A stretch of 64,000 bases of DNA from Pandoraea pnomenusa (GTDB lineage Bacteria > Pseudomonadota > Gammaproteobacteria > Burkholderiales > Burkholderiaceae), in contig NZ_JBEBXS010000018.1 of NCBI RefSeq assembly GCF_040391475.1, positions 7,591 through 71,590 of the forward strand, read 5' to 3'. Positions within the stretch are counted from its first letter, which is position 1, and each line of letters begins with the position of its first letter. Positions 9,776 to 17,724 of the stretch are shown here, one piece after another. The notes beneath the pieces are model-generated. The model had not been told where the DNA came from and ran no database searches. It worked only from the letters and a program-made list of their open reading frames with translations. The position numbers and the translations under genes were made by a program.

Positions 9776-9845
9776 ATATTACGCAGCATTGGCGTAAATC
9801 GCTGATAATGCAGGGGAAATTCTGTGGTTCTGAGCAAGTTGCGTC

Positions 9846-12800
9846 ATGTGTCTTTCGTCCCTCCTCTGCGCGATCGGTGTGTCGACTCACCGGCCAACGT
9901 ACCGTCAATGGCTGAATGGGTGTCTCGCGCTGGCGGGGCTGGTAGCGGCGCTTGTTGCCGTGCCGGGCGCCGCCAAGGCGCCGCCCTCGCCTACCACCCT
10001 GCGGGTAGGTATCCTGCCAAACGGGTTGCCGCCATTTTCCTTGCAGCAAAACGGGGGAGTGGCCGGCATTGGTGCGGACACGCTGCGTGCTGCGCTGGGC
10101 AACCCCGATCTTCGACTAGAGCCTCGCCTCTACCCCAATGTGCCAGCGATGATCTCGGCGGCCTGCGCACAAGAAATCGATATCGTGCTCGATTTGGCCG
10201 AGTCACCTGATCGCAGCCGCTGTCTTTCGTTCTCATTGCCCTATTTCGACGGTGACGCGGTCACCTTCGGTCGTACGGGGGCGTCGATCGCCCGCGACAC
10301 CCCGGGGGCGCGGTTCGCAGTGAGGCGCGGGCTGTTGCTCGAGCCGATATTGCGCGCGCGCTATCCGAAGGCCCGGCTGGTCTACATCAACGACGTACAG
10401 GACGGCCTGCAAGCGGTTGTCGACGGACGCGCCGACTTCTTCCCGGCGTTGCGTCCCGTTGCGGAGTACGTGCTGGCCAAGACGCCGATGCCCGGCATCA
10501 CGGAGGTCTCGTCGCACCGCGAACCCAGTGGCGCCATTCGTTTTGGCCTGGGCCCTCACGCGGTGCACTTGCTGCCCGTCGTGAACGACGGCCTCCGATC
10601 GCTCTCCGACGCACAGCGCAAGTCGATTCTCGGCACGTGGGTTCAACCGGCTTTCGGATCGCCGGGCGCCGTGGCGATGCCCTTCTTCCTGACCGACGAG
10701 GAACGCGCCTATCTGGCGACGCTTCCCCCCTTGCGCGTCGCGTTCGACTCGAACCGTCCCCCTTACGCCTACCTCGACAAAAGTGGGCAACCCAGCGGCA
10801 TCGCCGCCGAGTACCTCACCTGGCTTGGTGGCGTACTCGGTGTGCAATTCCAGCGCGTGCCGACCGGCAGTCTGGCGGCGACGGCAGACGCATTACGTGC
10901 AGGCACGGTGGATATGGCGTCCGTGGCGACGCAAGGCAACGCGTTGTGGCAGGGCCTGCGTGTCTCGGAACCTTACGCAACGTTCCCCGTCGTCATCGTC
11001 GGCCGCGTGGAGGCACCCTCCGTGGACGGATTGCATCAGCTCGCCGGTCGAAGGATCGTGACGGCGAGATTGACCGGTCTCGCCGCGTCCTTGCAGACCA
11101 GAATTCCTGGCGCGAAATGGGAAGAAGTGGAGAGCGTCGAAGAAGCACTCGAGAGGGTCAACACGAACCAGGCCGACGTGTTCATCGGCGGATTTCCTGC
11201 AGCCGACATGGCCTTGCGGCATCGTTTCATCGGCACGTTGCGTGTCATCGGCCCCACGAACCTCCATCTGCATGTCGGATTCGCGCTGCGACCGGAACTG
11301 GCGCAGAGGCTTGGGCCGATCATCGACCGTGCGATTTCCGCGCTGCCCGAGAAGAATCGGCTCGATATCCAGCATCACTACGTGGTGGCGAACTACGTGC
11401 TCGGGCCGTCGCTGCGAACCCTGTTGCTGAAATTTGCGCTGCCCGTCGCGGGACTGTTGCTCGTCATCGTGGTGATGTCGGCGCTTCTCGCCCTGTTCCG
11501 CAGGGAGATTCGTCGGCGGCGCAACGCCGAGAGCGAGTTGTCGTCGCAACTGGCCTTTCAGAGAATCCTGCTCGACACGATTCCGGTGCCGATGGTGGTC
11601 CGCGACGCAGACGGACGTTTTACCGTCGCCAACCATGCGACGGAACGGCTGGTCGGGTGCCCACGGTCGGCGCTGCTTGGCAAGACCTTGCGCGAAATCG
11701 GCTTCTGGGCCGACGAAGATGTGCAGCGGATCGACGCAGCGTGCGAGGCCGTGTTGCGCACGGGCGAACCCCACGCCTATGCCGTCTCACGTACGGGCGA
11801 AGACGGGAAGGTTCGTCATTTTCTCAACCAGGTTCAGCCCTTCGGTCAAACAGGCAACACGCACGCCGCGGTGATCTGTGTTTCCCACGAGGTCACCGCA
11901 GAGCGCGAACATCTGGAGGCGCTATCGCAAGCGCGCGACAAGGCGGAAGCCGCCCTGCGGGCGAAGGACCGGTTCCTCGCGCTCATGAGTCACGAAATCC
12001 GGACGCCGATGAGCGGCATTCTCGGGCTGGCCGAACTGCTCAACCATACGACGCTGAATCAGGAACAGACCGCCATGATCGGCATGATCGAAGGGTCGGC
12101 CACTACGCTCATGCAGATTCTCAACGACATCCTCGAGTACTCGAAGATCGAAGCCGACAAGGTCGAGCTCGAAGCGTTGCCGGTCGATATTCGCGAACTC
12201 TGCGACATGGCGCTGGGCCTGCTCGCGGTCTCCGCGCATGAGAAAGGTCTGCGTCTGCGGCTCGACGTCGGCGAGGATGTTGCCGCCGAGGTCATCGGCG
12301 ATGGGCTGCGCTTGCGGCGCATCCTCATCAATCTGTTGAGCAATGCGATCAAGTTCACGGAGCACGGCTCGATCTCGCTGTCGGTCAGGGTCGCGGCGCA
12401 AGACGCAGGCGTGCAAACCATCGAGTGGTGTGTCGCCGACACGGGCATCGGCATCGCGCAAGCGCTTCAGGAGAAACTGTTCGATCCGTTCTTCCAGGCC
12501 GACGCCTCCACCACGCGCCGGTTTGGCGGGACCGGTCTCGGCCTGACGATCTGCCAGAAGATCGTCCGGATGATGGGCGGGTCGATCACGGTGTCGAGCA
12601 CCCCGGGTCACGGCGCGCAGTTCAAGGTAAGCGTACCGATGCCCGTGAAGGCACTGCACTATGCGACGCCCGCGTTGAACGGCATCCGAGCCAGGATTTG
12701 CCTGAAGGATGCTGACATGGCGCGATCGCTGCAATGCCTGCTAACAGCGGCGGGGGCCGAGGTCCGGGTGGACCGTCTTCCGGACGGCATCGCTCACGCG

Positions 12801-13559
12801 GCGGACATCGAAGACGACTTGCTCGTTGTCGATGACGACGCGTCGCTCCCCGCAGACATTCCCTGCGCGATCTTGCGCACCACGTTGAAGGCCAAGTCGT
12901 CGGGATACCGATTGACGACCGAGGGCGCACGTCTGAGCGTGAATCCGTTGACATGGCACGGCGCCACGCAGGCCGCGCTGGCGGCTTGTAGTCGAAGCCA
13001 ATCGCGAGGTAGCGAATCACATGCGTTGACGGCAGCGCCAGTAACACTGCCCGCGAAGTCGCTGACGAAGCGGGAAGAAGCGCTGAAACGTGGGGAATTG
13101 ATCCTCGTGGCCGAAGACCATCCGACAAACCGCCTGCTCCTGCAACGGCAATTGAGTCAGTTGGGCTACGCGAGCGACACCGTCAACGATGGCGAGCAAG
13201 CCTGGGCGGCGATACGCAACACGCCGTACGCATTGCTGATCTCGGATTGCCACATGCCGGGCATCAATGGCTACGACCTTGCGCGACGCATCCGCACGCG
13301 CGAGCGCGACGAGACGTTGGCGCACCTGCCCATCATCGCGATCACAGCCAACTCCGGCATCGAGGAAGTGGAGCGATGCAAGGACGCCGGTGTGGACGTT
13401 ACGCTGTTCAAGCCAGTGCAGTTGCAGGCGCTGCGTGACTGTGTCGCGCGCTATCTGCCGGCTGGAGCGAAGTCAGCTACGTGCACGGCAGGTGACGCTC
13501 AACCGGCGGCACCCTCGTCGCAAGACGCCGCAGAGGCACAGGCCGTCACGGACAGCTAG
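9846..13559 (+). CDS. BvgS/EvgS/RocS-like hybrid sensor histidine kinase (two periplasmic solute-binding/Venus-flytrap domains, TM, PAS, HisKA-HATPase, degenerate receiver-like region, receiver; no HPt)
   Basis: Signal-anchor. Two PBPb-like segments (LRVGILPNGLPPFS.., LRVAFDSNRPPYAYLD..). TM helix LPVAGLLLVIVVMSALLALF. PAS (IPVPMVVRDADGRFTVANHATERLVG). H-box LALMSHEIRTPMSGILG. N-box LINLLSNAIKFT. G-boxes DTGIGI and GGTGLGLTIC. C-terminal receiver ILVAEDHPTNR..LLISDCHMPGINGYDL..FKP. Confidence 0.9.
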   Translation: MCLSSLLCAIGVSTHRPTYRQWLNGCLALAGLVAALVAVPGAAKAPPSPTTLRVGILPNGLPPFSLQQNGGVAGIGADTLRAALGNPDLRLEPRLYPNVPAMISAACAQEIDIVLDLAESPDRSRCLSFSLPYFDGDAVTFGRTGASIARDTPGARFAVRRGLLLEPILRARYPKARLVYINDVQDGLQAVVDGRADFFPALRPVAEYVLAKTPMPGITEVSSHREPSGAIRFGLGPHAVHLLPVVNDGLRSLSDAQRKSILGTWVQPAFGSPGAVAMPFFLTDEERAYLATLPPLRVAFDSNRPPYAYLDKSGQPSGIAAEYLTWLGGVLGVQFQRVPTGSLAATADALRAGTVDMASVATQGNALWQGLRVSEPYATFPVVIVGRVEAPSVDGLHQLAGRRIVTARLTGLAASLQTRIPGAKWEEVESVEEALERVNTNQADVFIGGFPAADMALRHRFIGTLRVIGPTNLHLHVGFALRPELAQRLGPIIDRAISALPEKNRLDIQHHYVVANYVLGPSLRTLLLKFALPVAGLLLVIVVMSALLALFRREIRRRRNAESELSSQLAFQRILLDTIPVPMVVRDADGRFTVANHATERLVGCPRSALLGKTLREIGFWADEDVQRIDAACEAVLRTGEPHAYAVSRTGEDGKVRHFLNQVQPFGQTGNTHAAVICVSHEVTAEREHLEALSQARDKAEAALRAKDRFLALMSHEIRTPMSGILGLAELLNHTTLNQEQTAMIGMIEGSATTLMQILNDILEYSKIEADKVELEALPVDIRELCDMALGLLAVSAHEKGLRLRLDVGEDVAAEVIGDGLRLRRILINLLSNAIKFTEHGSISLSVRVAAQDAGVQTIEWCVADTGIGIAQALQEKLFDPFFQADASTTRRFGGTGLGLTICQKIVRMMGGSITVSSTPGHGAQFKVSVPMPVKALHYATPALNGIRARICLKDADMARSLQCLLTAAGAEVRVDRLPDGIAHAADIEDDLLVVDDDASLPADIPCAILRTTLKAKSSGYRLTTEGARLSVNPLTWHGATQAALAACSRSQSRGSESHALTAAPVTLPAKSLTKREEALKRGELILVAEDHPTNRLLLQRQLSQLGYASDTVNDGEQAWAAIRNTPYALLISDCHMPGINGYDLARRIRTRERDETLAHLPIIAITANSGIEEVERCKDAGVDVTLFKPVQLQALRDCVARYLPAGAKSATCTAGDAQPAAPSSQDAAEAQAVTDS

Positions 13560-13600
13560 GGCGCCTACCGTCACCGCCTGGTATCGCGAATCTTCAGGTC

Positions 13601-13636
13601 AAGAAAAAAATGGCCTCGCGAGTCCACGGGGCCATT
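13601..13636 (-). terminator. Hairpin plus T7 tract (read on the minus strand) terminating the SDR gene; it lies between convergent genes
   Basis: Stem aatggcc/ggccatt (13609-13615 / 13630-13636). The A7 tract at 13604-13610 reads as T7 on the minus strand, immediately after the hairpin. The loop is long, so this is a moderate call. Confidence 0.55.
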
Positions 13637-13685
13637 CTCGTTGCTGACCGCCCCCATCCAACAACCGCCCCGCGGCGATCGCCAC

Positions 13686-14519
13686 TCAGGCGACGCTGGC
13701 ATGCGCGAGTTCGCGGAAGTTCATCCAGTGGGAACTGACGAGCCAGCCCGCATCGACCGGCAGGCTCACCCCGGTGATCGCGCTCGATTCGTCGCTCATC
13801 AGGAAGCTCACGGCCGCCGCGATTTCGTCTGTACCGACCAGACGCCCGAGCGCCGAGTGCGCTTCGATGGCCGTCGCGCTGCGCTTTCCGGTGGCAAGTT
13901 TGTCCTCGAAGATCGGCGTGAGCGTAAAGCCGGGGGCGACCGAATTCACACGGATACCCGACGCGCCGAGTTCACCGGCGGCGAGTTGGGTGAGCGCGCC
14001 CAACGCCACTTTCGCCGGTGAATAGGCGTGCAGCGGCAATGGGCGCAACTCGTTGATCGACGTAATGTTCACGACCGCACCGGCGCCGGCCTCGGTCATG
14101 AGCGGTGTGAAAGTGCGCAGGCAGTGCTGCGCGCCAAAGTAGTTCACTTCCCATACGCGACGCTGCATCTCGTCAGTCATGTCGAGCATCGGCATCACAT
14201 CCTGCAACACACCCGCCACGTTCACGAGCCCGGCGACGCCTGCCTCGCGCAGCGATGCCGCCAACGCATCCACCCCTGCGTGATCGGTCACGTCGAGCGC
14301 CGCCAGTTGCATTCGCGCGTCGTCCGCACGCGCACCGAAAACGCTCTGCAGTCGCGCCAGATCCAGGTCCGTGGCCACGACATGCCAGCCGTCGTCATGG
14401 AGACGATTGGCCACCGCCAATCCGATGCCACCGCTCGCGCCAGTGACCACGACAACCTTGCCGGCATCGCGCAACGCGTTCAACGAGGGGCGCTTCGCGC
14501 GGTGAGGGGATGAGTTCAT
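13686..14519 (-). CDS. Short-chain dehydrogenase/reductase (SDR) family oxidoreductase
   Basis: Rossmann motif VVVVTGASGGIGLAV, NVAG, catalytic YSPAKVAL. Confidence 0.9.
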   Translation of the reverse strand: MNSSPHRAKRPSLNALRDAGKVVVVTGASGGIGLAVANRLHDDGWHVVATDLDLARLQSVFGARADDARMQLAALDVTDHAGVDALAASLREAGVAGLVNVAGVLQDVMPMLDMTDEMQRRVWEVNYFGAQHCLRTFTPLMTEAGAGAVVNITSINELRPLPLHAYSPAKVALGALTQLAAGELGASGIRVNSVAPGFTLTPIFEDKLATGKRSATAIEAHSALGRLVGTDEIAAAVSFLMSDESSAITGVSLPVDAGWLVSSHWMNFRELAHASVA

Positions 14520-14558
14520 ACAGGACGTCTCCGTCGGATTGTGTTGTCGTTTTTATTT

Positions 14559-14575
14559 CTAAACAATTCGTTTAG
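14559..14575. promoter_or_regulatory. Dyad CTAAAC-aattc-GTTTAG upstream of the SDR gene (second TetR-type operator candidate)
   Basis: Read directly from the sequence. It shares the arms CTAAAC/GTTTAG with the perfect palindrome at 15323-15338. Confidence 0.5.
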
Positions 14576-14600
14576 TTTATCCACAACCCCGACGGCGGCG

Positions 14601-15299
14601 TCAAGCTTTTTTTGCCAACGCCCTCGCGCGTGTCGTTTTGTTCGCACCGGATGTCGCGCTGCCCGAGCGCGACCTCGTCAGCGCGGGCACCGTGCCATTG
14701 GGGCCGAGCAGACCTTGCATGACAAGGTCGACGTGCTCACGCACGAACGCCCGGGTCAGCGGCTTGTGTCCGACGAGCAACCGGTAGTAAAGCGGCGCGT
14801 AGAGAATGTCGAGAACGACGTCGGGATCGCCCGGCTTGATGAGCCCCCGAGCGATGGCATCGCGCACGATCTCGACGCCCTGCTCGCGTCGCGCGGAGAC
14901 GTAGCCGTCGCGAAACGCCTGCGCAATCTCGGGGTCGGACTGCCCCTCTGCGATCAGCGCGCTGATCATCGTGCCCATCGGTCCGCAGAATTCCTCGGCC
15001 ATCTTGAGCAGACGCGAGAAGATGCTGTCGAGCTGCAACTCTTCCGGATACGGCAGTGCCTGCCCGGCTTCGCGCAGGAACGCCGTCATGATGACGGACG
15101 CACGGTTCGGCCACCACTTGTAGATCGTGGCCTTGCTCACCCCCGCCGCCGTGGCAATGGCTTCCATCGTCGTGGCGTGCAGCCCCTGTTCGAGCAGGAG
15201 ACGATAGGCGGCGTCGAGCACGGCACGCTCGGCCTCGACACTGCGCTTGCGACCGCGTCGGCCTGGCGTGGGAGATTCGGGATTCGACTGACTTGACAT
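14601..15299 (-). CDS. TetR/AcrR family transcriptional regulator
   Basis: N-terminal TetR HTH: RAVLDAAYRLLLEQGLHATTMEAIATAAGVSKATIYKWWPNRASV. Confidence 0.9.
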   Translation of the reverse strand: MSSQSNPESPTPGRRGRKRSVEAERAVLDAAYRLLLEQGLHATTMEAIATAAGVSKATIYKWWPNRASVIMTAFLREAGQALPYPEELQLDSIFSRLLKMAEEFCGPMGTMISALIAEGQSDPEIAQAFRDGYVSARREQGVEIVRDAIARGLIKPGDPDVVLDILYAPLYYRLLVGHKPLTRAFVREHVDLVMQGLLGPNGTVPALTRSRSGSATSGANKTTRARALAKKA

Positions 15300-15322
15300 T
15301 CGTTGTGTCCGGACAAATACTA

Positions 15323-15338
15323 AACTAAACGTTTAGTT
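15323..15338. promoter_or_regulatory. Perfect 16-bp palindrome AACTAAACGTTTAGTT in the divergent TetR/aldolase intergenic region (probable TetR operator)
   Basis: The sequence equals its own reverse complement. It lies 24 nt upstream of the tetR start codon and 75 nt upstream of the aldolase ATG. Confidence 0.6.
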
Positions 15339-15412
15339 CATAAATAACGACACCGTATTGAAACACATCTGGCAGACAACCCTGCCAACGGTGCGTCGGC
15401 TCGGAGAACGGA

Positions 15413-16210
15413 ATGCTGAAGTCTGACACAGTTTTTTCTTCCTTTGACCTGCCTGTCGGCGAGACGATTGCCGACACCGGCATCACGCCGGAGGAGCAAC
15501 GCGTACGCGAGGATCTGGCCGCGGCGTACCGGCTGTGCGCGCTTAACGGCTGGGACGACCTCATCTACACGCACTTGTCAGCGCGGGTGCCCGGCCCGTC
15601 GCATCACTTTCTCGTCAACCCGCTTGGCCTGTCGTTTCAGGAGATCACCGCGTCGAACCTGGTGAAGATCGATCTGGACGGGCGCGTCGTGGGGCACTCG
15701 CCATACCGCCCCAATGCGGCGGGCTTCGTGATTCACGGGTGCATTCATGCGGCGCGCGAAGACGCCGCCTGCGTGATGCACCTGCACACCGAAGCGGGCA
15801 TGGCGTTGTCCGCGCTCGAAGACGGACTGCTGCCGATCACTCAACACGCCATGCGCTTCGTCGGACGGCTCGGATACCACGACTACGAAGGCATCGCGCT
15901 CACCATCGAGGAACGCGACCGCCTGCTCGCCGACCTCGGCAATCATGCCGCCCTGATTCTGCGCAATCACGGCACGTTGACGGTCGGGCGCTCGGTGGGA
16001 CATGCCTTCGTCGAGATGTTCTATCTGGAGAAGGCTGCGCGTGCGCAATTGCTGGCGCAGAGCACCGGCGCGCGCCTGCGCATTCCGCCGCATCACGTCG
16101 CGCTGTTGACGGCGCAGCAGTGGGTGACGGACATGCGCGGCTCGGGAGATCGAGAATGGCCGTCGCTGTTGCGGCAGCTGGCCCGCGACGGACACGATTA
16201 CAAACAGTAA
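15413..16210 (+). CDS. Class II aldolase/adducin-domain protein
   Basis: Family-typical segments: YTHLSARVPG..HFLVNPLGLSFQEITASNLVKIDLDG and HLHTEAGMALSAL. RBS ggagaa lies upstream of the ATG. Confidence 0.85.
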   Translation: MLKSDTVFSSFDLPVGETIADTGITPEEQRVREDLAAAYRLCALNGWDDLIYTHLSARVPGPSHHFLVNPLGLSFQEITASNLVKIDLDGRVVGHSPYRPNAAGFVIHGCIHAAREDAACVMHLHTEAGMALSALEDGLLPITQHAMRFVGRLGYHDYEGIALTIEERDRLLADLGNHAALILRNHGTLTVGRSVGHAFVEMFYLEKAARAQLLAQSTGARLRIPPHHVALLTAQQWVTDMRGSGDREWPSLLRQLARDGHDYKQ

Positions 16211-16326
16211 TCTCCCAGCCTGGCCAGCTGGCGGCAGGATAGCTTTGCGAAGTGGCGTCAGGTAGTACGTATCAGGCAGTTGGTAGTCATCAGCACCCAA
16301 AAACAGAACCATGACGGAGACACCCC

Positions 16327-17724
16327 TTGAACCCGACCATCGCATCACAGGCGAGTCAACCCGTGGCGGGCAGCGATAACGCTGCCGCACTGGACTCGCG
16401 CATCGCGCAGGAAACCATCGGCCAGCTATTTCGCCGCATCCTGCCCTTCCTGATCCTCTGCTATATCGTGGCCTTCCTCGATCGTGTGAACGTCGGTTTT
16501 GCGGCGCTGCACATGAACGGCGACCTCGGGTTCACCGCCACCGTCTACGGCTTCGGCGCGGGCATCTTCTCCATTGGCTACTTCGTCTTCGAGGTGCCGA
16601 GCAACCTGATCCTCCACCGCGTGGGCGCGCGCATCTGGATTGCGCGGATCATGGTGACGTGGGGCATCGTCTCGGCGGGCTTCGCGTTCGTCTCGGGCGA
16701 AACGTCCTTCTATGTCATGCGGTTCCTGCTGGGCGTTGCCGAAGCGGGTTTCTTTCCCGGCATCGTGCTGTATCTGAGCCTGTGGTTCCCCGGGCGCGCG
16801 ATGGCGCGCGCCACGGCGATCTTCATTCTCGGGTTGCCGCTGGCGGTGCTGATCGGCGCCCCGCTCTCGACGTGGATCCTCACCTCGTTCCACGAATTCG
16901 CCGGATTGCGCGGCTGGCAATGGATGTTCCTGCTCGAAGGCGGGCTCGCGGTGGTGGTGGGCGTCGTGGCTTACTTCGTGCTGGGCAATGCCCCGGACAA
17001 GGTGACGTGGCTCGACGAGACGCAGCGCGAATGGCTCGTTCGCACACTGGCGCAGGAGAAGGCGGCGAAAGAACGCGCCCGTCAGTATGGCGTCATGGAA
17101 ACGCTGCTCTCGGGCAAGGTGCTGCTGTTGGCCTTCGCCATCTTCTGCAATATCACGGCGCTGTTCGGTATCACGCTGTGGATGCCGCAGATCATCAAGG
17201 GCATCGGCGGGCTGGACAACACGCGGGCCGGACTGCTGAGCGCGGTGCCATACGTGTGTGCGGGCGTAGCGATGGTCGTGAACGCGCGGCACTCGGACAA
17301 GACGGGTGAGCGCCGCTGGCACATTCTGCTGCCGGCAGCCATCGGCGCCATCGGGTTGGTGATGGCGGGAAATGCCGCGTCGCCCTACGTCGGGATTCTC
17401 GGGTTGTGCATTGCGGCGGCCGGGATTCTGGCGTCGAACATTCTGTTCTGGCCGATGGTGCCAATGTTCCTGACGGGCGCGGCAGCCGCCGCCGGAATCG
17501 GGTTGGTGAACTCCGTGGGCAACCTCGGCGGCTTCGTCGGTCCGTATCTGACAGGTTGGGCCAAGGACACGTTCGGTGGATACGGCGCGAGCATGACCAC
17601 GCTGGGCGCGATGGTGCTGCTCTACGGTGTGTTGCTGTTCGTTTTCCTTACCGTGAGTGCGCGACGCGCAGGTGGCGTCGATGGCGTCGGTGGCGCCGCC
17701 ACGGGTATTGCGAGGTCTTCATGA
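16327..17724 (+). CDS. MFS transporter (anion:cation symporter / TtuB-like organic-acid family)
   Basis: 12-TM-like hydrophobic profile. LDRVNVGFAAL..DLGF..YGFGAGIFSIGYFVFEVPSN is typical of ACS-family MFS transporters. TTG start as given in the ORF track; the exact start is uncertain. Confidence 0.85.
   Translation: MNPTIASQASQPVAGSDNAAALDSRIAQETIGQLFRRILPFLILCYIVAFLDRVNVGFAALHMNGDLGFTATVYGFGAGIFSIGYFVFEVPSNLILHRVGARIWIARIMVTWGIVSAGFAFVSGETSFYVMRFLLGVAEAGFFPGIVLYLSLWFPGRAMARATAIFILGLPLAVLIGAPLSTWILTSFHEFAGLRGWQWMFLLEGGLAVVVGVVAYFVLGNAPDKVTWLDETQREWLVRTLAQEKAAKERARQYGVMETLLSGKVLLLAFAIFCNITALFGITLWMPQIIKGIGGLDNTRAGLLSAVPYVCAGVAMVVNARHSDKTGERRWHILLPAAIGAIGLVMAGNAASPYVGILGLCIAAAGILASNILFWPMVPMFLTGAAAAAGIGLVNSVGNLGGFVGPYLTGWAKDTFGGYGASMTTLGAMVLLYGVLLFVFLTVSARRAGGVDGVGGAATGIARSS

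Noticed and set aside
10637-12241. 534-aa plus-strand ORF, out of frame within the sensor kinase gene
   Set aside because: The translation is Arg/Gly/Pro-rich nonsense, while the overlapping frame carries all kinase motifs. It is a GC-driven open frame.
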